The translations under genes were made by a program, and so were the position numbers. 64,000 nucleotides of DNA from a virus: IMG/VR virus record IMGVR_UViG_3300021093_000054, positions 9,219 to 73,218 of that record. One strand, 5' to 3'. The notes under the pieces were generated by a model that was not told the origin of the DNA, did not search any database, and was given only the letters and a program-made list of their open reading frames with translations. Below are positions 30,195 to 40,227 of the stretch, piece by piece. Each line of letters begins with the position of its first letter. Position 1 is the stretch's first letter.

Positions 30195-30380
30195 TTAATT
30201 TAAAAGGTAAGTTATTATATAAGAAAGAAAAACACCAAAAATAATAATTTCAATCTTTGAAAAAGTTAATACTGTAGGTGGGTCATTGAATAATGACAAA
30301 ATAAACATAAAACTGATTCTTGTTACACTTAAAATTGAAAAAACAAAAAGAAATAAAAAAATATTATCTACACCAAACAT
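30195..30380 (-). CDS. small two-TM membrane protein
   Basis: Two hydrophobic helices. Confidence 0.55.
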   Translation of the reverse strand: MFGVDNIFLFLFVFSILSVTRISFMFILSLFNDPPTVLTFSKIEIIIFGVFLSYIITYLLN

Positions 30381-30382
30381 AA

Positions 30383-30559
30383 TTAATTTTTTCTTGATTC
30401 CAGAACTTCTTTTCTTAACACTTGCATCAAATCTTTTAATTCTTGTGCTGTTTTTCTAACTCTTGTTCCAGCTGTTTTGTTTCCTTTTTCAAATTTGTCA
30501 TAATCAAAACTTAATGACTCCACAAGGGTTTTAACTTTTTGAATTGTTGTCTCCTCCAT
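30383..30559 (-). CDS. Hc1/histone H1-like small protein (not in ORF track)
   Basis: 58 aa with KFEKGNKTAGTRVRKTAQELK...LRKEV. Confidence 0.8.
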   Translation of the reverse strand: MEETTIQKVKTLVESLSFDYDKFEKGNKTAGTRVRKTAQELKDLMQVLRKEVLESRKN

Positions 30560-30613
30560 TTTTTTATTATAAAAGTTTATTTTTAATATAATTTAATATT
30601 TTATTATACATTG

Positions 30614-31087
30614 TCAATAGATAACTGTCATATTACTATCTATGGACCTATATATTGTTAAAATAACATCTAAATCTGATTTTGTGAATGGTTTTTTTCT
30701 ATCGAACATATCAACAAAAAATTCTGGTATTGATTTTTTAACTTTGTCTTCTGGGTGATTATAAAATATTTCCTTAAAGAAGTCTTTGAAGTAATCATAG
30801 TGTTCACCGGTTTCATTAATTAAGATATTTTCTTTTTCAAATGTTTCTATTGTTTTTTTCCAACACCAATTAAAGTGATTGAGGTTGTCTTTGTCAGACA
30901 TTTCTATTTTACTTTCTCGTTCTTCTTCACTACCGCCAAGGTATGTGTCATATAGTATTGTAACGAGTGTATATGTAAAATCATAAAATAGGTCCATTTT
31001 TTCAAATACAATGTTATTTGTTTTGAACCAGATATCAACTTCACTATATTCTAATTGTTGTGTCAGGTAATTAAAAAAATTCTCCAT
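30614..31087 (-). CDS. hypothetical protein
   Basis: ORF. Confidence 0.6.
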   Translation of the reverse strand: MENFFNYLTQQLEYSEVDIWFKTNNIVFEKMDLFYDFTYTLVTILYDTYLGGSEEERESKIEMSDKDNLNHFNWCWKKTIETFEKENILINETGEHYDYFKDFFKEIFYNHPEDKVKKSIPEFFVDMFDRKKPFTKSDLDVILTIYRSIDSNMTVIY

Positions 31088-31136
31088 AAGATGTGTTCTT
31101 ATGGAGAATAATAAGTTTAATTATGACTTTTGTAAA

Positions 31137-32531
31137 TTATTGTGTCCTTTTTGAATAATTCATTAATTCTGAAATTCTTTTAAATTCTTCCTTAACTTTT
31201 TTACGTTTTTTAGGTTTTTCATCAAAAACGGGACTTGGTACTCTACCATATGATTCGTCTTTCCATTTTGATAATTGGTCAGATGCAAAATATTCGCCAA
31301 ATTTATCATTAACACCTGTGTTTTCTGCGTTTACCCAATCTTGGTTATTTCCGTTGCTTGAACTCCCTTTGATTTGTTTTTCAATGGTATCTTTTTTAGG
31401 TTTTATTTCATCATAATCAGGAATATTTTGTCCACCAATTTCAATATTGTAATCTGTACCTTCTTGATCAATTTCATAAGCCTTTTTATCCATTTTAGCT
31501 AACTGACCATTTCCTTTTGGAAAATGTTTTGGGTTTGTTTCATATTTACCTTTTGACCCATCTTTAATGTAATCTATCATCTTTTTTGCGACAGATTTTA
31601 AATAGTCTTTATTTTCTTTTCCAGATTCTTTATGAATTTTTTCGTACTTTCCAAGACCTTTTGGTGTTGCACCTTTTTTGATATTATCTTTTTCTTCTTT
31701 TACAATATTTTCAATAATATCAATAACTTCACTTTCACTAAACAAAGCACTTTCATCACCATCAACTAATCTATATAGTGTTTCTTCTAAATTAGAATTA
31801 TCGGTGTATTCTTTATCACCCATTTTAAATTTACCTCCTTTAGGTGTTTGTTTTAATTTATTGGTAAAAGCATTTCCTTCTTCCATTTCTTCATCAACAT
31901 CAACTTTACCTTTTCCTGGCCATCCTTTTTTGGATCTTTTTGCAAAATATAGTTCAGACATTTTTTCTTTTAATCTTTTAGGGACTTTTTCACCTTTTTC
32001 TTGATATTTTTGAGTTAAATCCTTTAAACTTCTAATTTGTAAATCTATATCTGCAATTGATTTACCAGCATGTTCACCAGTTTTTTTAACTTTGACATCA
32101 CCTTTCCATTTTTCATCTAATGGTATACCACCAGTACCAAACTGACCACCACCACATTCTTCACACATTTTACCTTCCATATAATCACCTTTCATACTAC
32201 CACCACATTCCATACAATCTTTTTCTTGTACATCACCTCTTAACATTTTAAAGTCTTGTCGGTCTAATCTTCCGTTTCTATTTTTATCAAGTTTACGCTG
32301 TCCTCCGTGAAGTTTTTCAAGCATTTCAGCACCACCACCTTTCATAGCACCACATTCAACACATTCACCTTCATAAAATTCATTACTACCACATTCACAT
32401 ACATTACCTTCTGCAACATAATCAAATGAATCTGATTTTATTTTTTCCATAACTTTATTGGCTTTATCCTCTAAAGTTTCAAGAATTATTTTATTTGCTA
32501 GTCTTTTTAAATATTCTTTAGAATTTCTCAT
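31137..32531 (-). CDS. charged protein with CxECG repeats and EF-hand-like loop, possible head/core protein
   Basis: CECG/CVECG/CMECG/CEECG, DKNRNGRLDRQDF; many (L/I/M)xE sites. Confidence 0.55.
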   Translation of the reverse strand: MRNSKEYLKRLANKIILETLEDKANKVMEKIKSDSFDYVAEGNVCECGSNEFYEGECVECGAMKGGGAEMLEKLHGGQRKLDKNRNGRLDRQDFKMLRGDVQEKDCMECGGSMKGDYMEGKMCEECGGGQFGTGGIPLDEKWKGDVKVKKTGEHAGKSIADIDLQIRSLKDLTQKYQEKGEKVPKRLKEKMSELYFAKRSKKGWPGKGKVDVDEEMEEGNAFTNKLKQTPKGGKFKMGDKEYTDNSNLEETLYRLVDGDESALFSESEVIDIIENIVKEEKDNIKKGATPKGLGKYEKIHKESGKENKDYLKSVAKKMIDYIKDGSKGKYETNPKHFPKGNGQLAKMDKKAYEIDQEGTDYNIEIGGQNIPDYDEIKPKKDTIEKQIKGSSSNGNNQDWVNAENTGVNDKFGEYFASDQLSKWKDESYGRVPSPVFDEKPKKRKKVKEEFKRISELMNYSKRTQ

Positions 32532-32552
32532 TTCGTTTTTTATTATAAATAT

Positions 32553-33251
32553 TTAGTACTTTGGATTTGACTTAAATTCCTTAGATATAATTTCTTTAAT
32601 TTCATTTTCAGTCAATCCGTATTTTTTTGACATAGTTTCAATAACCTTTTCAGTTGTTGATTCATTGAAGATATCAAGCGCTTTAATGTCTCCTTGATTA
32701 CAATAAGGAAATCTTTTACATTTTTTTTTAACCTGGACAAACTTGCCGCCTGGTAATTGTGTTTTACGCCATGATCTACCTTTTCCTTTGGGTGTATTAC
32801 CTTTCATTTTAATATCTTGAAAACTATTGGTATCATACTGACCACTAGAGCTTGAAGATGTTGCTTCTTTAAATTCTTTTTTTGAGAATAGTGGTGTATT
32901 ATCTAATGCCGCATATCCACCACCGGTTCCCATCGCCTCTTTATTTTCTGATTTTTTACCTTTACTATCTAATATTGACCTTAAAAATGCTTTTAATTCA
33001 CTTGGTTCTTTCAAAAAATCTTTTATTTTTTCTTTAATTTTATTTGCTGAAAGTTTTTTATTTTTTGCCAACAAATAAATTTCTTTCATATCGTCTGAAT
33101 GAATTAAATAATCTTCTGGTGAATTTCTTTCTGTGCCTTCATCTTCTGTAAATTCTTTTTTCATATTCGACACATCAGACCCCCTTAGACCAAGGTCGTT
33201 TGCTTGTCTACCAAGTTCAGATATAAACATATCTCTAAGTGAATCACTCAT
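32553..33251 (-). CDS. hypothetical protein
   Basis: ORF; EATSSSSSGQY, CKRFPYC. Confidence 0.6.
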   Translation of the reverse strand: MSDSLRDMFISELGRQANDLGLRGSDVSNMKKEFTEDEGTERNSPEDYLIHSDDMKEIYLLAKNKKLSANKIKEKIKDFLKEPSELKAFLRSILDSKGKKSENKEAMGTGGGYAALDNTPLFSKKEFKEATSSSSSGQYDTNSFQDIKMKGNTPKGKGRSWRKTQLPGGKFVQVKKKCKRFPYCNQGDIKALDIFNESTTEKVIETMSKKYGLTENEIKEIISKEFKSNPKY

Positions 33252-33496
33252 AACCCTTTGAATTTAGATTCCCAGAAACTTCTTTGTTGATACATAATTG
33301 TATAGAATTCTCTGAAAGATTTTATTATTAAGTCTTTGACTTCACCATTTAATTTACCATTTTTTTTCATTTCTTTGGTAATTCTTTCAACCAATTTATC
33401 TTCAAATTGTTTTGCAGTATTTGACCCAAGAAAGTCTTTCATTTCTTTTTTAATTAATGATTCAATTTCTCTTTTATCTGCTTGACTAAGTGCCAT
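33248..33496 (-). CDS. hypothetical protein
   Basis: ORF. Confidence 0.55.
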   Translation of the reverse strand: MALSQADKREIESLIKKEMKDFLGSNTAKQFEDKLVERITKEMKKNGKLNGEVKDLIIKSFREFYTIMYQQRSFWESKFKGL

Positions 33497-33906
33497 TATT
33501 TGAATAATTGTATATAAGTTATGGTTGCAAAAATAACCCCAGAAACAATTTCTATTATATTGTTTTTAATTTTAACGTTTTTAATTTCTTTTCTTAAATC
33601 CTTATTGTCTTCTTCTAATAATTTATATTTTTCTTCAGTACTTTTAATAATAACTTCATTATTTCTATCTTTTTGTTCAAGTTTTGAAATTATTGAGTCC
33701 TGGTCTTTTACTTTTTTTTCAAATTCTTCTATTTCTTTTTTATCCAAGATGTTTGTTTTTCTTAACTTATCCAATTCGTTAAGATCCTTTAAAACTTCCT
33801 TACCAATTTCTGTTGGAAAACAAATTATTGTTGTATCGACATTTGTTTTTTGGCTAAAACCAAAAAAACAAAGTGACAAGAAAATAAAAAATAGTATATT
33901 CTTCAT
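33496..33906 (-). CDS. membrane coiled-coil protein, possible spanin component
   Basis: Signal peptide, coiled coil, C-terminal TM; near amidase. Confidence 0.45.
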   Translation of the reverse strand: MKNILFFIFLSLCFFGFSQKTNVDTTIICFPTEIGKEVLKDLNELDKLRKTNILDKKEIEEFEKKVKDQDSIISKLEQKDRNNEVIIKSTEEKYKLLEEDNKDLRKEIKNVKIKNNIIEIVSGVIFATITYIQLFK

Positions 33907-33908
33907 AA

Positions 33909-34262
33909 TTAATATTTGTATCTAACCCTAAATGCACTATCAACTTGTTTGTTTGTCCATTTAGGAATTTCTTTTTCTTTTATTTCGTAATAGTTATTTA
34001 TTGTTGTTTTTTGTGACCTAATATTGTCAATATTTTCATTTATAATTTTAATATTTTTTTTGTAAACCGATATCGAATCGTCCAATTCTTTTTGTTTATT
34101 TTTCAAATCCAAAATCTTTTGGTCCAATTGGTCAAGTTTATATTTTAAAAGTTCACTTTTGTCTGGTGCTGGTGTGTAAACTTTAATTAACAAAAAAACA
34201 ACCATACCAATTAGTACGACTAATAAAATTTCTCTAAAATATTTTATAAAAAATTCTTTCAT
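33909..34262 (-). CDS. N-terminal TM + coiled coil, possible i-spanin
   Basis: Topology and context only. Confidence 0.45.
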   Translation of the reverse strand: MKEFFIKYFREILLVVLIGMVVFLLIKVYTPAPDKSELLKYKLDQLDQKILDLKNKQKELDDSISVYKKNIKIINENIDNIRSQKTTINNYYEIKEKEIPKWTNKQVDSAFRVRYKY

Positions 34263-34903
34263 TATTCTTTTGTTTTCTTTCTTACCGCAATTACTTTAGA
34301 CCATTTAGTTTTGAACTTTTCATAATATTGTTTAAGTTTATTCATCATTTTTAGAAATTCTTCATCAACTTGCATCATAGTACCGTTAATGTACACACCA
34401 TTGTTTTCACCAATTGAAAAGAAAAATTCCAAATCATATTCAGTGATTTTTCCAGACCATTCGACGTTGTTTGGATATAAATTCAATTTATTAAAATCAA
34501 CAATTTCAGCAACCTCATTAACAAATTCATCCATACTTTCTTGGAAGGCTATCTTATCATCTGTTGTTAGTTGTAAATCTTTTTCACTAGCTCCGTGGAT
34601 GTATAAAATTCCACCAGAAATTCTATATCCTTTTTTCTTATCTGATTTTTTTTCTTCTTTATCATCACCTGGTTCACCATCATCCGCAGTTTCATATTCA
34701 ATGTCCTTTTTAATACTATCCATAGGATTATCCCTTTTGGTAATATTATTTGGTTCATCTATTTTTCCAGTCTCATCTTCTGGCTGTTCCATTATAAGAC
34801 CATATCTTTTTTTAATTTCATAAGATTCTTTGATCATCTTTTCACCACCTAACATAGTTCTGGATGCTTTAAGTAAATTTCTAATTTCTTCGTAATTATT
34901 CAT
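34262..34903 (-). CDS. hypothetical protein
   Basis: ORF. Confidence 0.6.
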   Translation of the reverse strand: MNNYEEIRNLLKASRTMLGGEKMIKESYEIKKRYGLIMEQPEDETGKIDEPNNITKRDNPMDSIKKDIEYETADDGEPGDDKEEKKSDKKKGYRISGGILYIHGASEKDLQLTTDDKIAFQESMDEFVNEVAEIVDFNKLNLYPNNVEWSGKITEYDLEFFFSIGENNGVYINGTMMQVDEEFLKMMNKLKQYYEKFKTKWSKVIAVRKKTKE

Positions 34904-35492
34904 TGTCTAATTTTTTTATAAAATATTCAAAATCAAAAGCAGGACTCAAGTCTGTGGATTCTTCATCAATATTTGATCTTGTGATAATCCCACTAAATGT
35001 TTCCAGTCTATTTGTTTTTGTATTATGTCCAATACAAATTGGTTCTATATTAAACTTTTTAGATAACTTAATACAAAGTTCAGCTGTTTTATCCAACTGT
35101 ATTTGTGTATAAGGTTCCCAAAAAAAATAGTCTCTCCATTTCTTACTGAACACTTTCTCTTTATAAATACTCCCCAACCAGTTAATGTGATGATTTTTTA
35201 GTGGTTGTTTTTCTAACCAACCAAGATTTTCCAAAGAAATGATAATAGACTGTTTATCATACACAGTATTGTTTAACATTTTACCATAATGTTCATCATC
35301 CATTGTTTGTAAAACAATACCTTCTTTTGTTACAATGTAATGTGGTAATTTATCATATTTCTTGTTGTGTCTATTTCTCAATGCTGTTAAATATTCATCA
35401 GCATTTCTTGATGTGTGGGTTAAAACTATCTGAATTTTATTTTTTTCTACACCGAAATTATTGTTAATTTTTTTATCTAAAATTTCAAACAT
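34896..35492 (-). CDS. N-acetylmuramoyl-L-alanine amidase-like protein (candidate endolysin)
   Basis: IVLTHT, PHYIV, SIIISLEN, YTQIQL, DLSPAFD. Confidence 0.7.
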   Translation of the reverse strand: MFEILDKKINNNFGVEKNKIQIVLTHTSRNADEYLTALRNRHNKKYDKLPHYIVTKEGIVLQTMDDEHYGKMLNNTVYDKQSIIISLENLGWLEKQPLKNHHINWLGSIYKEKVFSKKWRDYFFWEPYTQIQLDKTAELCIKLSKKFNIEPICIGHNTKTNRLETFSGIITRSNIDEESTDLSPAFDFEYFIKKLDNE

Positions 35493-36534
35493 TCTTTTTA
35501 TATGTAAGTCTTTTTATACCACCAATATCATTTGTTGTTGTAGTTGTTTCCATAGGAACGTCTATCCAATAATCAACATTATCAAATAAATCTTCATCAT
35601 CTACTTGGTCGGTACTTGGTCGGTACTTGGTCGGTACTTGGTCGGTTTCTTCTTCAACTTGGGGGGTACTTGTGGGTTGGTTGTGGATTGGTTGTGGGGT
35701 TGGTAGATTGGTTGATTGAAAATTTTCATCTTCTTTTCTACTGGACTTGAATGCTTGATTTGTTGCAATAACCAAAGTAATTGCCAATGGATCAAAAACA
35801 AAAATCAGAATTAAAATAAAAAGATTTGCAGTTCTTTTTATTTCCCAATCTAAAAGTTCACTTACGTATTTGATTGCACCAAGTTCACTATTCCCAATGT
35901 CTTGTGATTCCATATCTAAAATCTGAACATCAAGTTTTGTTATACTATCGTTATAACCATCGATTCTTTTTGAAATTGTATCTCTTCTTGATTGTGCTTC
36001 TTTTAATTGTCCTTCAAATGATTTTCTATTTGCATTATTTGCTCTTGTAATTAATTGCCCAGTTCTTTGGTCTACAGTTTGTGTTGTTGTATTTGTAGAT
36101 AGTCCATCCCTTAATTTTGTAATATCACCATCGAGGGTTATTTTTTCTTTTGTTAATTCGGTTTTTATTTCTTCAAATCTTTTCTTTTTAACTTCAACAT
36201 TCTTTACTTGTTTTTCACTTATTTCAAGTTTTGCAATATTTCCTTGGAATCCGGTACTAAGTAATCCATAGATACCCAAAGAAGTAATAATTGATAATAT
36301 TATAAGTGCAATTGTCATATAAATTTTTAAGACACCATATGTTTGTTTCCATTTATCGTGAAGATATGTAGCTATTGCTATTTTAGAAATTTCAAGGAAG
36401 GATCCCATTATTATTACCGGAATTGCAACACCGACAAACACAATGGACAAACCAACAACACTATAATATGCTGCGGTTGCTGATAAACCAAGAGCACAAA
36501 ATAACATAAACCAGGGTAAAAATTTTTCTTTCAT
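35485..36534 (-). CDS. multi-TM coiled-coil membrane protein
   Basis: Three N-terminal TMs, coiled coil, IFVFDPLAI TM, low-complexity tail. Confidence 0.65.
   Translation of the reverse strand: MKEKFLPWFMLFCALGLSATAAYYSVVGLSIVFVGVAIPVIIMGSFLEISKIAIATYLHDKWKQTYGVLKIYMTIALIILSIITSLGIYGLLSTGFQGNIAKLEISEKQVKNVEVKKKRFEEIKTELTKEKITLDGDITKLRDGLSTNTTTQTVDQRTGQLITRANNANRKSFEGQLKEAQSRRDTISKRIDGYNDSITKLDVQILDMESQDIGNSELGAIKYVSELLDWEIKRTANLFILILIFVFDPLAITLVIATNQAFKSSRKEDENFQSTNLPTPQPIHNQPTSTPQVEEETDQVPTKYRPSTDQVDDEDLFDNVDYWIDVPMETTTTTNDIGGIKRLTYKKNV
35602..35645. repeat. tandem repeat (TACTTGGTCGG)x4
   Basis: Four perfect 11-bp units; degenerate TTGTGG(G/A)TTGG units follow at about 35670-35703. Confidence 0.92.
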
Positions 36535-36574
36535 ATTATATTAATATAGTTTATAAATACTTATTATAAAGGAT

Positions 36575-36958
36575 ATGAAAAATTCACTACTAAGGGAATC
36601 AATTAGGAAACATTTATTGTTAGAAAAAAGGATTGCAACATTGAGGTCCCAGATATCGATTACATTTGAAGTTAGATTAGACAAGGGTGGACATACTCAA
36701 GATAGACAAGTAGAGAGAAATGTTAGTAGGGGTGATATTAATTTATTATTGGGTAAAGCTGTTGATGAAATAACAACAAAAATTATTTTAAAAGAAATAA
36801 AAAATGGTGATGTTTTTATTGTTAGAAGTAAATCTGATAATTTATTCATCCCGGTCATACTGATTGAGGAAGACCCTTATAATTTTGTATTATTAACAAA
36901 AACTGTAATCAGAAAAAACGCTCAAGGTAGACCACAATTAACAATTTGGGTTGATTAA
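36575..36958 (+). CDS. hypothetical protein with LLRESIRKHLLLE leader
   Basis: ORF; HTQDRQVER is weakly RelE/BrnT-like. Confidence 0.55.
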   Translation: MKNSLLRESIRKHLLLEKRIATLRSQISITFEVRLDKGGHTQDRQVERNVSRGDINLLLGKAVDEITTKIILKEIKNGDVFIVRSKSDNLFIPVILIEEDPYNFVLLTKTVIRKNAQGRPQLTIWVD

Positions 36959-36959
36959 G

Positions 36960-37088
36960 TAGGATAGGACATTAGTATCTGAATCGTCTTCCATCTTCCT
37001 ATCGACTTAGGCTTGTTCATTCCTAAATCACTTCTACTTAACCCACCACCTAGAGCTCGTTAGTGACTTTTAACCCTCGTTGTTTGTG
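36960..37088 (-). ncRNA. candidate small structured RNA with its own promoter
   Basis: Complete TTTG-N20-TATCTTTG promoter (37092-37123) firing into a stretch with no convincing ORF and with stems GATTTAGG/CCTAAGTC and GATAGGA/TCCTATC. Confidence 0.5.
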
Positions 37089-37110
37089 ATACAAAGATAT
37101 GTTGTTTTTT

Positions 37111-38013
37111 CTAATTTACCAAACTTTTTTGATAAATATTTTGGAATATGTAAGAAATTACATCAACGGTCCATCCATTACCAATCATTTTTTTTCTTTG
37201 GTTTAAAGTTGCAATTGATGTGTAGTTATCTGGTAGTGTTTGTAATCTTTCGTATTCCAGAATATTAAGTTCCCTTAAATTTCCATCAACAACAACACCA
37301 TAGTTACAGGCCGTGTTTAGTGTATTTGTTTTACCGTGACTTACTCTACCTCTTCTTGTTTTACTCTTCGGAACTTCAAGGTTTACACAATCACCATTAT
37401 TAGCATACAAATATCCTTGTTTTGTTCCATTCCTTATTTTAAAACCTTCGTCGTTTATATCTAACACAACAAGGTGGTCGTTTATTATTTTTTCTGAACC
37501 ATCTGGTTTTAAAATATCTAAAATGTGAATGTTCTTATCTTCCATATTCTTATCAATTGGAATGTTAGTCCAATAAAGTCTTTGTCTTTTTTGAGCCGAA
37601 AAAAATTTACTGTCAATCATTATTGGTTCAACACCAATTGCGTCTGTTATAATTTTTTCCCATTCTTTTTTCATTACAACATTTTCTAAAAGAAAATATG
37701 TTGGTTTTACTTCATTTAATATTCTAACATATTCCCAAAATAAACCACTCTTTCCGTCAAATCCTGTATTGTCACCTGACCTACTAAATGATTGACATGG
37801 TGATCCACCTATAAGTAAATCAATTTTTGGTAATGTTGAGGTATCCAAACCTACAACACTACCTAATTGGATTGTATTTGGGAAATGGTGTTGTGTAAGG
37901 GAAATTGCGTGTTTATCAATTTCTGAAGCAAAATAATTATCAACTTCAATACCAGCTCTTTGTAGTGCTAGTTGTCCGCAGGAAATACCATCAAATAGAC
38001 TCAATATATTCAT
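37111..38013 (-). CDS. DNA (cytosine-5) methyltransferase
   Basis: LFDGISCG, GGSPCQ, LENV, QKRQRLYW, GNGW. Confidence 0.93.
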   Translation of the reverse strand: MNILSLFDGISCGQLALQRAGIEVDNYFASEIDKHAISLTQHHFPNTIQLGSVVGLDTSTLPKIDLLIGGSPCQSFSRSGDNTGFDGKSGLFWEYVRILNEVKPTYFLLENVVMKKEWEKIITDAIGVEPIMIDSKFFSAQKRQRLYWTNIPIDKNMEDKNIHILDILKPDGSEKIINDHLVVLDINDEGFKIRNGTKQGYLYANNGDCVNLEVPKSKTRRGRVSHGKTNTLNTACNYGVVVDGNLRELNILEYERLQTLPDNYTSIATLNQRKKMIGNGWTVDVISYIFQNIYQKSLVN

Positions 38014-38809
38014 ATTTCATATTTTTGAATATATGTTCTATAATACCTACGGTCCAACCATTTCCTAACATTTTATATCTTTGAGTATTGGAAACAACTG
38101 AAGAATAATTATCTGGAACATTTTGTAATCTTTCGTATTCAACTGGTGTTAGCATTCTAATATTACCATTATCCATAACACCACTCATTTGTTGATTACC
38201 AAATCCTTTATAATCTCTAGCAAGTAATGTTGCCGATTTATCACCACCAGGTTTATGTGTCTTTTTTTGGTTTGACACAATTATATGTTGACCACTTAAA
38301 AGTATATCAGACATTTTTACATTTTTATCTTCTGGTTGTTTTATATTTGAAATGTTGGTCCAGTAGAGTCGTTTTCTATTTTGTGCAGAAACAAGATTAC
38401 TATTTATTAAAATTGGTTCAACACCCATATGTTGTGTAATAACATCTTCATATTCTTTTTTCATCACAACATTTTCAAGTAAAAAGTATTTTGGTTTACA
38501 TTCTTCCATTAACCTAACAAATTCAAAGAACAATTTACTTCGTTCGTCTTCGAAATTTAATTGTTTACCAGCAAATGAAAATCCCTGACACGGACTACCA
38601 CCAATAAGTAAATCAATTGGTGGTAGGTCAGTTCCTTTAACTTGTGTAACATCACCAATTTGTATTGTTTCTGGATAGTTATGTTGTGTTACTTGTATTG
38701 CAAACTTATCTATTTCTGATGCAAAGTACTTATCATATTTAATACCAGCTTTGTTTAGTGCAATTTGTCCACAGGACATTCCATCAAATGAAGAAAGTAC
38801 ATTCATCAT
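37991..38809 (-). CDS. DNA (cytosine-5) methyltransferase
   Basis: FDGMSCG, GGSPCQ, LENV, QNRKRLYW, GNGW. Confidence 0.93.
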   Translation of the reverse strand: MMNVLSSFDGMSCGQIALNKAGIKYDKYFASEIDKFAIQVTQHNYPETIQIGDVTQVKGTDLPPIDLLIGGSPCQGFSFAGKQLNFEDERSKLFFEFVRLMEECKPKYFLLENVVMKKEYEDVITQHMGVEPILINSNLVSAQNRKRLYWTNISNIKQPEDKNVKMSDILLSGQHIIVSNQKKTHKPGGDKSATLLARDYKGFGNQQMSGVMDNGNIRMLTPVEYERLQNVPDNYSSVVSNTQRYKMLGNGWTVGIIEHIFKNMKYEYIESI

Positions 38810-39606
38810 AGATAGTCAAATAGTTCAGATGATTCATTACGAAGTCTACGAAGAGCTTTTTCTTTGATTTGTCTAACTCTTTCTTTTGTTAAGTTAAAAT
38901 CTGACCCAATGTCTTCCAAAGTTCTTGGTGTACCAGTAAGGCCAAAATAGTCACCGATGATTGATTTTTCACGGTCGTCCAAAACATTAAGTAATGACAA
39001 CAACTTGTCTTTAAGAATGTCTTTTGTATTAAACCCAGCGTCTGGAGCTACAGCATCTGGATTTTCAATAAGATCAATAAGTGTATCACCTTCTTCGTTG
39101 ATATTCATATCAAGATTAATTATTGAAGGAAGTCGGGCAAACTTATCATCCAGTTTTTTACCGGATTGTTCAACTTCTTTTTTTGCTTTTTGTAAATCCT
39201 GGACAACATTAACTGGGAGTCTGATTGTTCTTGCATTGTCATTTAGGGATTGAATAATTGATTGTTTAACCCACCACACAGCATATGAAATAAATCTTAA
39301 GTCTTTATTCCAATCAAAATTTTTAATTGCTTTCATAAGACCAAGGTTTCCTTCGGCAATAAGATCCGATAAATCAAGACCTTGATTCTGATACTGTTTT
39401 GCAACAGTGATAACAAAACGAAGATTTCCTTCCAATAGTTCGTCTTCTATTTTTTTTCTTTCTCTTTCCGAAATCTCTTCAGATTTCATTTTCAAAGCAA
39501 GCTCCTTCTCACGATCTGGAGTCATAACTTTAATCTTTCTAATGTCTTTTAGGTAGTGATAAATTTCGTCCTGATTAATTGGGGCACCGATGTTCTTTTC
39601 CTTCAT
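38806..39606 (-). CDS. RpoD/RpoS-family sigma-70 factor lacking region 1.1
   Basis: NLRFVITVAKQY, DLIAEGNLGLMKA, FISYAVWW, TIRLP, TKERVRQIKEKALRRLR. Confidence 0.93.
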   Translation of the reverse strand: MKEKNIGAPINQDEIYHYLKDIRKIKVMTPDREKELALKMKSEEISERERKKIEDELLEGNLRFVITVAKQYQNQGLDLSDLIAEGNLGLMKAIKNFDWNKDLRFISYAVWWVKQSIIQSLNDNARTIRLPVNVVQDLQKAKKEVEQSGKKLDDKFARLPSIINLDMNINEEGDTLIDLIENPDAVAPDAGFNTKDILKDKLLSLLNVLDDREKSIIGDYFGLTGTPRTLEDIGSDFNLTKERVRQIKEKALRRLRNESSELFDYL

Positions 39607-39608
39607 AT

Positions 39609-40145
39609 TTATATTTGTTTCGAATATTCGTCTAGTTTGTCTTTCTCAGCTCTTGTTAATGAGCCAATTCCATTCTGTAAAATCTTATCCAAAATTTCGT
39701 CAAGAGTCAAGTCACATACTTGATTTTTCAAAAATTCTTCAACACGAGTATTATGTTCTTCCATAAATTTCTTTATGTCAAAAATAGGTTTCTTATCCAT
39801 AAATATTTCTTTAACACGATTTTTGGTTTTTGGTTTCCTACCTTTTTTGTTTAATTTCTTCAAATGTTCCAAGTGTTCTGGAAGCATATTTGATGTCATA
39901 AATTTTGTTGTCTGAACAAGAACATACATAAAATCTGGTTTTTCATTATGTATTAAATCAACGTAGATTGTAAGTTCTGGTTGACACATATCAGATTCAA
40001 AGTGAAATATTGTATGGTTGTCACCAAAGACATAGGTAATATCATCAGATTTTGAAATTGTTGACAGTTCTTCAGCGATTTTTTGGTTGGTTTCTTCTTT
40101 GTCCCAGTTATTGTCGCAGGGATAGACGAATAGTAAGTATTTCAT
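39609..40145 (-). CDS. hypothetical protein
   Basis: C-terminal LDEILDKI...GIGSLTRAEK; TATCTTTG box at 40166-40173. Confidence 0.6.
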   Translation of the reverse strand: MKYLLFVYPCDNNWDKEETNQKIAEELSTISKSDDITYVFGDNHTIFHFESDMCQPELTIYVDLIHNEKPDFMYVLVQTTKFMTSNMLPEHLEHLKKLNKKGRKPKTKNRVKEIFMDKKPIFDIKKFMEEHNTRVEEFLKNQVCDLTLDEILDKILQNGIGSLTRAEKDKLDEYSKQI

Positions 40146-40227
40146 AGATTTTTATTTTGGTTCAACAAAGATAGTGAAAATATTGGTTTCTAAACTAACT
40201 TTTTTTAAAAAATATTTTCAGACTATA

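Noticed and set aside
35602-35645. Second CRISPR array
   Set aside because: Head-to-tail 11-mers without spacers
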